Of a DNA stretch of 32,000 nucleotides, positions 1 through 6,753 are shown one piece after another. Source of the stretch: Akkermansia muciniphila ATCC BAA-835. Its GTDB lineage: Bacteria; Verrucomicrobiota; Verrucomicrobiia; Verrucomicrobiales; Akkermansiaceae. Under the pieces are notes generated by a model, which made no database searches, was not told where the DNA came from, and was given only the letters and a program-made list of their open reading frames with translations. The stretch spans positions 120,001-152,000 of the forward strand of contig NC_010655.1 in the NCBI RefSeq assembly GCF_000020225.1, given 5' to 3'. The position numbers were made by a program, and so were the translations under genes. Position 1 is the first letter of the stretch, and every line of letters starts with the position of its first letter.

Positions 1-726
1 AAAGAGGGCCACGCAGCAGCAGGCCAACATCCTTCCCGGAATGCCGCGGCGGTAGATGAACCACAGCAGGACGCTGTAGCCTGCCGTGAGAAGAATGACA
101 ATGGAGGTCTTGGCCGCATTAATGGGGAGATTCCCCCGCCACCCAAGCCATTCCCCAAGCAGAAGAAGGAGGAATGCCACAAGAACCAGGCGCTTCATGC
201 TGGCTTCCAGTGTACGGATGGGAGGAAGCACACGGCAGGTACCGGGAATTCGGTGTCTTTTAAGACATTCATTCTGCATGCAGAACGCCGCCCCCGCGGC
301 AGCGGCCAGGCCGCCGGCTCCGTAGGACATCATGGCTATGCCCACATGTGCCGTCACCCAGAAGTCATGCGTGCCCTGCACGTCCGCTCCGGAACGGCCT
401 ATCAGCAGGGAAAAAACCGTCAGCACGGCAATAGCCGGAGCCGTAAAGATGCCAAGCACGGACATTCGGTAAGCACGTCCCAGCATCAGATAAAAGAGAT
501 TGATGCTCCAGGAGAGGAAGAAGAGCACCTCTGAAGCGCCGCGGATGGGACACATTCCCGTCTGGTACGCTTTGACGCATAGCGCCCCTGTCTGGAGAAC
601 AAAGAGGCACGCCATCCAAAGATGGGCATATAAAAACCGCCGACCGGAAGCCAGCAGGCGCCATCCCAGCCCTGTGAAAGCCAGGGAGAGGATGAGAGAG
701 GCAATGGCCCACCAGTTATCGTTCAT
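1..726 (-). CDS. CcsA/YpjD-like cytochrome c assembly family polytopic membrane protein; C-terminal part lies outside the window
   Basis: Not in the ORF track because it runs off the window edge. Translating the minus strand from the ATG (complement of 724-726) gives MNDNWWAIASLILSLAFTGLGWRLL...VLPPIRTLEASMKRLVLVAFLLLLLGEWLGW.... The frame stays open for 242 codons down to position 1. It has several hydrophobic helices and the LPPxxxLE segment I associate with the CcsA/YpjD family. Confidence 0.55.
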   Translation of the reverse strand, partial: MNDNWWAIASLILSLAFTGLGWRLLASGRRFLYAHLWMACLFVLQTGALCVKAYQTGMCPIRGASEVLFFLSWSINLFYLMLGRAYRMSVLGIFTAPAIAVLTVFSLLIGRSGADVQGTHDFWVTAHVGIAMMSYGAGGLAAAAGAAFCMQNECLKRHRIPGTCRVLPPIRTLEASMKRLVLVAFLLLLLGEWLGWRGNLPINAAKTSIVILLTAGYSVLLWFIYRRGIPGRMLACCCVALF

Positions 727-746
727 AAATCCGGCCCGGAAATGGT

Positions 747-1541
747 TCAGGAACGCAAATCGCGCTCAATGACGGCGTATGCCTGGTGGTTATGGATGGA
801 TTCAAAATTTTCCGCTTCCACCCGGTACCAGCTGAAGGCGGAATGACTCTGCGTTTTCAACGCCACGTTGCGCACCAGATCTTCCACAAAGACAGGGTTT
901 TCATAAGCCTTTTCCGTCACCCATTTTTCATCCGGCCTTTTCAGCACGCTGAACAGGGAGCAGCTCGCGCAGGATTCCACCAGGTCAATCAGGTCTTCAA
1001 TCCAGACGGGCCTGGAGGCAAAACGCACGGAATAAGTAACCAGCCCGCGCTGGTTGTGGGCTCCGTAGGCACTCATGGCCTTGGAGCAGGGGCAGAGCGT
1101 CGTCACGGGAACGATAACTGTCAGCTTGAAATCAGCCAGTTTGTTGTTCGCTTCCGCCTCCATCTCAAACCGGACAACGTAATCCATGAGCCCTTCAATT
1201 CCGGTCACAGGAGCGTTTTTGGAGCGGAAAAACGGGAATTCCATTTCCACATGGGAACGGCGGGCGGACAGACGGCGGAGCAGTTCCCGCGGAATGGCCA
1301 GGGCCGTATGCACATCCAGCAAAGGGCCATGCTGGTGCAACGCCTCCACAAAACGGCTCATATGGGTGCCCTTGAATTCTTCCGGCAGATCCACCGCCAG
1401 AGAAACCGTCGCCACAGTGGACTGGATGCGGTTGAGCTTGTCCTGTATCTGGATGGGGAAGCGCAACCCTTTTACGCCCACCCGGTCAATGGAAATATTG
1501 CGCGTATCCGCCTCGGACTGGGTATCTTTCAGTTCCTGCAT
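747..1541 (-). CDS. folE2: GTP cyclohydrolase FolE2 (type IB, zinc-independent class)
   Basis: 264-aa ORF. It shows FolE2/DUF198 hallmarks along its full length: ISIDRVGVKGLRFPI, THMSRF, TTLCPCSK, AHNQRG and ENFESIHNH. Confidence 0.9.
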   Translation of the reverse strand: MQELKDTQSEADTRNISIDRVGVKGLRFPIQIQDKLNRIQSTVATVSLAVDLPEEFKGTHMSRFVEALHQHGPLLDVHTALAIPRELLRRLSARRSHVEMEFPFFRSKNAPVTGIEGLMDYVVRFEMEAEANNKLADFKLTVIVPVTTLCPCSKAMSAYGAHNQRGLVTYSVRFASRPVWIEDLIDLVESCASCSLFSVLKRPDEKWVTEKAYENPVFVEDLVRNVALKTQSHSAFSWYRVEAENFESIHNHQAYAVIERDLRS

Positions 1542-1561
1542 GGGGAAAAAGGATGATGGGT

Positions 1562-1605
1562 GGAAATAAAGCGGGAGTCTGCCCTGTTACCGGACAAACT
1601 CCCGC
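1562..1605 (-). terminator. Intrinsic terminator-like hairpin downstream of rpsR
   Basis: The minus strand reads GCGGGAGTTTGTCC-ggtaaca-GGGCAGACTCCCGC. That is an outer 8-bp GC-rich stem that continues inward with G-U pairs, followed by TTTATTT. It lies between the rpsR stop (1649) and the folE2 start (1541). Confidence 0.65.
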
Positions 1606-1648
1606 CTGCAAAGACAATTCTACCGAAAGAGATTTTCCTTGGGGCTTG

Positions 1649-1894
1649 TTACGGCAGAAGGTTGATGGAACGGGCCCGCTTGATTTCACGGGTTACCTTG
1701 CGGTGCATCTTGGCGGACAGCCCGGTCACACGGCGGGGAAGAATCTTGCCGGTTTCAGAGGTGAACTTGGACAGAAAATCAGGATTGAGCAGATTGACCT
1801 GATCCATCGGGATGTCGAGACGGCGGCGCGGCATCTGGCGATTGCACGTGCGGAAACGAATACGGCGTTCTACAGTCTTGGGTTCAGTGGACAT
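1649..1894 (-). CDS. rpsR: 30S ribosomal protein S18 (single Cys, no CxxC pair)
   Basis: The ORF 1649-1939 contains [20 protein letters not shown]...[42 protein letters not shown], which carries the S18 core motifs (GKIxPRRxTG, IKRAR, LLP). I place the start at the internal ATG at 1894; the upstream hydrophobic extension is not S18-like. Confidence 0.88.
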   Translation of the reverse strand: MSTEPKTVERRIRFRTCNRQMPRRRLDIPMDQVNLLNPDFLSKFTSETGKILPRRVTGLSAKMHRKVTREIKRARSINLLP

Positions 1895-1925
1895 AATAAT
1901 AAAGATAATCGATAAGCCGAACCAG

Positions 1926-2099
1926 TTAACGCATTTCACGATGAAGCGTGCGGCGCTTCAGGAAAGGATTGTACTTAATCTTTTCCAGGCGGCCGGGAGT
2001 ACGCAGGCTTTTTTTATTGCGCGTGGTGACGTAGCGGGACGTAGGCTTTCCTTCGGCTTTGGCCTCGGTGCATTCGAGGATGATGATGTCTCTTGGCAT
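1926..2099 (-). CDS. rpmG: 50S ribosomal protein L33 (C- form: CTEA and NPFL replace the two CxxC knuckles)
   Basis: Below the ORF-track size cut-off, so translated by hand: [57 protein letters not shown], then TAA. It shows the L33 pattern (YxTTxNKK...LExxKYxPxxxxxxxHRE). Confidence 0.85.
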   Translation of the reverse strand: MPRDIIILECTEAKAEGKPTSRYVTTRNKKSLRTPGRLEKIKYNPFLKRRTLHREMR

Positions 2100-2132
2100 G
2101 ATGAAAATGTGTTACGGGGGAGGATTTATACA

Positions 2133-2957
2133 CTATTCTTCGTCATCGTCAAGAGAAACAGATAAATCTACATCATTTTGTCCTCCGGCAAAGCCCAGGG
2201 CCACTCTGGGACGGAACCTGGCATTCTGGCCTTTTTCCTTTTCCCACTGGGCCTGGCATTCCACGGTAAGCCGAGCAAAGGGGATGGCCTCCAGACGCAG
2301 AATGGGAATGACCTTGTATGACATTTCGCAGATGCCATATGTTCCGTTGTCAATGCGGGCGAGCGCCTGTTCGATTTCATACAGGCCGTCCTGCTCTTTG
2401 GAAAGCAGGCTGAGCGCAAAATCACGGTCATAGGCGTCACTGCCGGCATCCGCCTGGTGTTCCCCGGAGCCGGAAGCCTCACTGCCTTCCGGATGATTCC
2501 GGAGAGTATCGCGAGCCACGCCGCTCATGTTGTCCAGAGCCCTGTCGCGCAAGTCCAGCAGATGCTGGCGCTGCATCTGCACAAAAGGCTCCCATTCGGG
2601 GTTGGCGGCCAGTTCCGCCCTGGCGGCGGCAATGGCTTCCGCCTGTTCATCCGTCAATTCATTTTTCGCGGGAGCGGGAACCGGGGCAACGGGAGCAGGA
2701 GCAGCTTTTTTAACCGGAGCCTTTCCGGCCGTTTTCGGCGCAGGCTTCTTTTCCATTTCAGCCGCGGCGGCGGCAGCCTTTTTGGCGGGCTTGGCGGCTT
2801 TTTCCGGTTCAGCCGCCTTTTTCCTGCAGCATTTCTTCTTAGCGGGAGCCTCCAGGTCTACAGCGGTCTTGCAATCGGACTTCCCGCAGGTCTTTTTCTT
2901 GGAAGCCGGAACTTCCTTGGCGACGGTCTTGCTATTGGTTTTCTTGGGAGTAGGCAT
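2133..2957 (-). CDS. DksA/TraR-family RNA-polymerase-binding protein with a Lys/Ala/Pro-rich N-terminal extension and a degenerate zinc finger
   Basis: The C-terminal half aligns with DksA. The coiled-coil tip reads SDAYDRDFALSLL (DxxDxx type), followed by YEIEQALARIDNGTYGICEMSYKVIPILRLEAIPFARLTVECQ. In that finger the second and third Zn cysteines are Ser and Thr. The N-terminal ~100 aa are K/A/P-rich. I place the start at ATG 2957 (MPTPKK); the ORF stays open up to a GTG at 3014. Confidence 0.75.
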   Translation of the reverse strand: MPTPKKTNSKTVAKEVPASKKKTCGKSDCKTAVDLEAPAKKKCCRKKAAEPEKAAKPAKKAAAAAAEMEKKPAPKTAGKAPVKKAAPAPVAPVPAPAKNELTDEQAEAIAAARAELAANPEWEPFVQMQRQHLLDLRDRALDNMSGVARDTLRNHPEGSEASGSGEHQADAGSDAYDRDFALSLLSKEQDGLYEIEQALARIDNGTYGICEMSYKVIPILRLEAIPFARLTVECQAQWEKEKGQNARFRPRVALGFAGGQNDVDLSVSLDDDEE

Positions 2958-3192
2958 AGGAGGTGTCTCTATGGGCTGAGGTTGACAATATTTCACGAAC
3001 AGAGGGCGGAACACGCCCCGCTGACTAGACTATGAGACATTACAAACGCCCAAATGTTCATTCAAGAAAATTCAGTGATGAAACAAGTCATTCCCCCCCC
3101 TTTTGCACCCTCTATTTTCCTGTCGGGATTTTACCGGGAACATACTTCTTTTAACCTTTTCAACGCCCGGTAAAATTCTATATTGGCGTTAT

Positions 3193-4152
3193 ATGACAGC
3201 TTCAACCATTCCCTCCATCGGCATTGACTTCGGAGGCACCTCCATCAAGATGGGGGTCGTCAAGGGCGCGGAAGTAATCGCCCACGCTCCTTCAATAGCC
3301 ACCCAGGAATACGGCAATCCCGATCAACTGATTGAAGCCATAGCCCAGTTCGTGAATATGCTGCGGCTGAATCACCCGGAAGTGCAGGCCATCGGCATGG
3401 GAATGCCGGGGTTCGTCAATTTTTACCAGGGGACCGTTTATACGCTTACCAACGTGCCCGGTTGGAACAACGTTCCGGTAAAGGACATGCTCCAGGCTGC
3501 CTGCGGACTGCCCGTATACGTGGAAAACGACGCCAACTGCATGGCTTATGCGGAATGGAAGCTGGGCGCCGGAAAAGGAAAAAGGCATCTGGTCTGCCTG
3601 ACCCTCGGCACCGGCGTTGGCAGCGGCCTGATCGTGAACGGAGAACTTCTGCGCGGGGCTACCTGCTCCGCCGGGGAGCTGGGGCAGACGAGCATCGACT
3701 ACCGGGGGCGTCTGGGCCATTACGGAAACCGCGGCTCCCTGGAAGATTATGTAGGCAACCGGGAAATAGCTGCGGATGCACGCACGCTGTATGCCAGCCA
3801 CGGCATTGACAAGGCCATTGTGGACTGCAACCCCATCTCTTTGGAACGGGCCGCATTGGCTGGTGATGAAGTAGCCGAGCAAGTATGGCGGGACCTGGCC
3901 GTAAAACTCTCCTGCGCCCTGATGAATTGCTGCTATCTCCTGAACCCGGAAGCCATCATCATCGGCGGGGGCGTGGCCAAGGCCAGAACCCTGCTTTTCC
4001 AGCCCCTTCAGGAAATCATGAAAACCCAGCTCGCCGCCCCTCTGGTGGAATACCTTGAAATCCTTCCCGCCCAGTTCGGTACGGAGGCGGGCATCCTGGG
4101 GGCCGCCCATCTGGCTCTCAACACCCACTTCGGAGAAACATTCCGGGCCTGA
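3193..4152 (+). CDS. ROK-family sugar kinase (atypical: lacks the ROK zinc-binding His/Cys motif)
   Basis: IGIDFGGTSIKMGVV is an ASKHA phosphate-1 motif. The protein is ROK-like along its length, including GMPGFV, ENDANCMAYAE, LTLGTGVGSG and GGGVA. I place the start at ATG 3193 (MTASTIPS); the track extension from 3103 begins at TTG and looks non-coding. Confidence 0.8.
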   Translation: MTASTIPSIGIDFGGTSIKMGVVKGAEVIAHAPSIATQEYGNPDQLIEAIAQFVNMLRLNHPEVQAIGMGMPGFVNFYQGTVYTLTNVPGWNNVPVKDMLQAACGLPVYVENDANCMAYAEWKLGAGKGKRHLVCLTLGTGVGSGLIVNGELLRGATCSAGELGQTSIDYRGRLGHYGNRGSLEDYVGNREIAADARTLYASHGIDKAIVDCNPISLERAALAGDEVAEQVWRDLAVKLSCALMNCCYLLNPEAIIIGGGVAKARTLLFQPLQEIMKTQLAAPLVEYLEILPAQFGTEAGILGAAHLALNTHFGETFRA

Positions 4153-4156
4153 TCTC

Positions 4157-5125
4157 GTGTCTTCCTCCCAAATACTCAAACTCGCCCGCAAACTGGAATT
4201 GACGGCGGAACAGGAACGGGATTTCCTGGACGCCATGCAGGCCGGGAACCGTTCCAGAAGCGCGCTGGTCATCACCCCGAAGGCACCGGAAGGCTACAGG
4301 CCGCCCTTGCCGGCAAAGGACACGCCGCAGGAGTGGGGGCATTCCTCCATCCTGGCGCTCCCGTCCGGAGAGGCGGAAACCAAACCCGGCTCCCTGCCGG
4401 ATTACGAATGCGGCTATTACTATCCCCTGGATCTTTCGTCCGTCTGGGAAACGGCCCCTCTGGCGCATCTTCCGTTTCGTCCGGAACGCTGCCTGGACAT
4501 GTGCGCGGCGCCGGGAGGGAAAAGCATTCTGGCGCAGACGCGGGTATCTCCGCAGGAGCATGTTTCCAACGAAGTGAATCCGAAGCGCCTGGGCATTCTG
4601 CGCCACAACCTGCTTCGCTGCGGCTTCACCAATCTGTACACCCAGCGCCTGCGCCCGGACCAGTGGGCGGAACTGGCCCCCGGGTGTTTTGACCTCATTC
4701 TGGCGGATGCCCCGTGCAGCGGGCAGTCCCTGCTGGCCAAAGGCATTCCCAACCCCGGCTGTTTCAATTCCTCCGTCACCGGAGGCAACGCCAAGCGGCA
4801 GCGGGGCATTTTGCTGGCCGCCCTCCGGTGTCTGGCTCCCGGCGGCTTCCTGCTGTACACTACATGCACTTACGCTCCGGAGGAAAATGAACGCAATGTC
4901 CTGTACCTGCTGAAACGCCATCCGGACCTGCACACCATAACCGTGCCGGAGCTGGAGCATTTCCGTTCCTCCCTGACGCAGGAAGCCTGCTACCGGCTCA
5001 TGCCCTTCCACGGAGCAGGAGCGGGCGGTTTCACCTGCCTGCTGCGCAAGGAGGGAGGCCATCCGCTCCCGCTTTCCCTGCCGGATGAATTGAAGGCATG
5101 GCCCATTCATGCCATGAATTGTTGA
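4157..5125 (+). CDS. RsmB/RsmF/NOP2-family SAM-dependent RNA (cytosine-C5) methyltransferase
   Basis: Motifs DMCAAPGGKS (SAM binding), DAPCSG (motif IV Cys) and YTTCTYAPEENE (motif VI Cys). I place the start at GTG 4157, just after the ROK stop, because the track start at 4055 would overlap the ROK gene by about 100 nt. The exact start is uncertain. Confidence 0.8.
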   Translation: MSSSQILKLARKLELTAEQERDFLDAMQAGNRSRSALVITPKAPEGYRPPLPAKDTPQEWGHSSILALPSGEAETKPGSLPDYECGYYYPLDLSSVWETAPLAHLPFRPERCLDMCAAPGGKSILAQTRVSPQEHVSNEVNPKRLGILRHNLLRCGFTNLYTQRLRPDQWAELAPGCFDLILADAPCSGQSLLAKGIPNPGCFNSSVTGGNAKRQRGILLAALRCLAPGGFLLYTTCTYAPEENERNVLYLLKRHPDLHTITVPELEHFRSSLTQEACYRLMPFHGAGAGGFTCLLRKEGGHPLPLSLPDELKAWPIHAMNC

Positions 5126-5131
5126 AAAAAG

Positions 5132-5641
5132 ATGAAGATAGGCATTTTTTCCGACTTGCACAACCGCACAGACCATCTGGAGCCAGCCATGCACCGGATG
5201 CGCCTGCTGGGCTGCGGACATTTCATTTTCCTGGGCGACTGCACCACCCCGGAGAGTTTCCGGCGCCTGATTGAACTGACGGAGGACTTTCCTCTGGATG
5301 CCGTTCCGGGCAACAACGACTACGATGTGGAAACCATGCGGCGGATGGCCGCCAGTTCCCCGGCGGCGCGCCTGCATCCGGAACATGCCCTTATCACCCG
5401 GTACGGCATGAAACTTTCCCTCTCCCATTACCCAAAATACGCCTTGCGGGAAGCGCGCAGCGGAAACGCAGACGCCGCCCTGTACGGCCATACCCACCAG
5501 GCCGTGAGCGAAAGATGCGGCGGCTGCCTGCTGGCCAATCCCGGAGAACTCCAGGGCAGGACCGGACGCATCGGTTTCGGCGTCCTGGATACGGACACCC
5601 GCATCATCAACCTGCATAACCTGGACTTTTACGCCCCATGA
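5132..5641 (+). CDS. YfcE/MJ0936-family metallophosphoesterase
   Basis: The ordered calcineurin-like motifs are all present: SDLH, LGD, GNND, SHY and GHTHQ. Length is 169 aa. Confidence 0.85.
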   Translation: MKIGIFSDLHNRTDHLEPAMHRMRLLGCGHFIFLGDCTTPESFRRLIELTEDFPLDAVPGNNDYDVETMRRMAASSPAARLHPEHALITRYGMKLSLSHYPKYALREARSGNADAALYGHTHQAVSERCGGCLLANPGELQGRTGRIGFGVLDTDTRIINLHNLDFYAP

Positions 5642-6045
5642 ACACGCTGGACGTCTGCTGTGCCCTGATTGAACTGCCCGCCGCACGGGGCCCTCTTCTT
5701 CTGGGCGCCAAAAAGAAAACGGGGCAGTCCAACGGGCTTCTTTACGAATTCCCCGGCGGAAAAGTGGAACCAGGGGAGAATGCCCGGCACGCCGTCATAC
5801 GGGAAATACGGGAAGAGCTGGGATGCACCGTCTTCCCCGTCCGCATGCTCACCCCCGTACGGCACCGGGAGCCTGAACGCATTATCCGCCTTATCCCCTT
5901 TCTGTGCCGTCTGGAACTTTGCGCCCTGCCCCGGCCTCTGGAACATGAAAACCTGGGGTTCTTCTCCCGCCGTACGCTGGAAGAACTGCCCTGGGCGCCT
6001 GCGGACCGCCTTGTGTTAAAGGAATGGCTGGAAGAACACCGCTGA
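5638..6045 (+). CDS. NUDIX hydrolase (MutT-like)
   Basis: Complete Nudix box GGKVEPGENARHAVIREIREELG. The start overlaps the upstream stop (ATGA at 5638-5641). Confidence 0.88.
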   Translation: MNTLDVCCALIELPAARGPLLLGAKKKTGQSNGLLYEFPGGKVEPGENARHAVIREIREELGCTVFPVRMLTPVRHREPERIIRLIPFLCRLELCALPRPLEHENLGFFSRRTLEELPWAPADRLVLKEWLEEHR

Positions 6046-6093
6046 AAGCAGCATCCCTTTCAAAATCAATCGCTCCACGGGAAAGTTCCCTCC

Positions 6094-6237
6094 ATGTCTG
6101 AAAAGATTGCAAAAACACCTTGGAACATTCCCTACCATGAGGTATATAAGGTGGTGGCTGCTGCACTCGTCATCGCCTGGCAAAGTGGCCCGGACCGATA
6201 TTACAACCTAATGGGGGCAGCCCCGACGCAGGGCTGA
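6094..6237 (+). CDS. Candidate small ORF (47 aa) with one hydrophobic helix; very tentative
   Basis: Hand translation gives MSEKIAKTPWNIPYHEVYKVVAAALVIAWQSGPDRYYNLMGAAPTQG, then TGA. I recognise no family, and third-position GC is not clearly gene-like. It is listed only because it is the sole plausible coding segment in a 700-bp gap. Confidence 0.2.
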   Translation: MSEKIAKTPWNIPYHEVYKVVAAALVIAWQSGPDRYYNLMGAAPTQG

Positions 6238-6617
6238 CTACGTCCTATACCGGAAAAGTCAAAACAGCGGCGGAAGTCCCCGCTCTATTGAGGCACGGGA
6301 ACGTGGCTCACAGCCAGAGACGGTGCAGCGGTGTCTTTTTTCCATCACCTGAATCCAGAAAGCTCGTTCTTTCAACGTTTTTCCCCTCCTTGAGCCCGCA
6401 GGTCAGCCGGGATTGCCCTCTTGGGCAACATTACTCCTGTCGGGATTCACCTCCTTTCCCCGCTCTTCTCACCCTCGCAGCATTTACAAATACGGAGAAG
6501 CCAATTCCCCAAAAGATCGAATGCGGCCACCGGCAACTGCCGCCTTCAGATATTTCGTGGCCCTCCATTCCCGCTCCTTCCGTCACTGGACGAGAAGGAA
6601 GAAAGGAAATATTATTA

Positions 6618-6645
6618 GTTAATAAACAGCAACTGTTAATAAACA
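6618..6645 (+). repeat. Two exact direct copies of GTTAATAAACA, 17 bp apart, in the AT-rich region upstream of the ABC efflux operon
   Basis: GTTAATAAACA occurs at 6618-6628 and again at 6635-6645. The repeats lie about 110 bp upstream of the GTG start at 6754. Confidence 0.6.
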
Positions 6646-6753
6646 TAATAATCCCTTAGACATTTCCGGAAATCATGATAGGATCATGCTCCGTTGCGGA
6701 AAAGTTTTTAACATCCGTGCAACTTTTTCATTATTGCGAAGTATAATATAGTC

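Noticed and set aside
2983-2995. TGACAATATTTCA, an imperfect palindrome upstream of the DksA-like gene, considered as a possible Fur/Zur-family box.
   Set aside because: Only 4 of 6 arm positions pair, and it does not match any Zur consensus I know (Proteobacterial, Firmicute or Actinobacterial). It is too weak to call without a position weight matrix scan or comparative data.
5891-6166. A 91-aa minus-strand ORF overlapping the 3' end of the NUDIX gene.
   Set aside because: It overlaps a well-supported gene by about 155 nt, has a Pro/Gly/Arg-rich translation, and shows no motif.
6140-6230. Minus-strand GGCTGC...GCAGCC-ACCA ends that look like a tRNA or tmRNA acceptor, and a GGTCCGG...GCCAGGCGATGACGAGTG stretch reminiscent of 4.5S/SRP RNA.
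   Set aside because: There is no T-loop (GTTCRANYC), D-arm or anticodon-arm geometry. The SRP helix-8 motif (GGAA tetraloop followed by GGAAGCAGCC) is absent. Coincidental short matches are the likelier explanation.
6392-6465. The minus-strand segment GAGCGGGGAAAGGAGGTGAATCCCGACAGGAGTAATGTTGCCCAAGAGGGCAATCCCGGCTGACCTGCGGGCTC loosely resembles a cobalamin riboswitch core (GGGAA..GGTGAAxxCC and a B12-box-like CCCGGCTGACCTGC).
   Set aside because: The similarity is partial, and the region between the two motifs is much shorter than in known AdoCbl riboswitches. There is also no minus-strand gene downstream for it to control, because the NUDIX gene is on the other strand. I cannot run a covariance model, so I treat it only as part of the unexplained gap.
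6288-6659. Track ORFs inside the gap: 6288-6659, 6413-6622, 6421-6618 and 6431-6646.
   Set aside because: They are mutually overlapping and Pro/Ser/Arg-rich, and I recognise no domain in any of them. They appear to be consequences of the pyrimidine/purine strand skew rather than genes.
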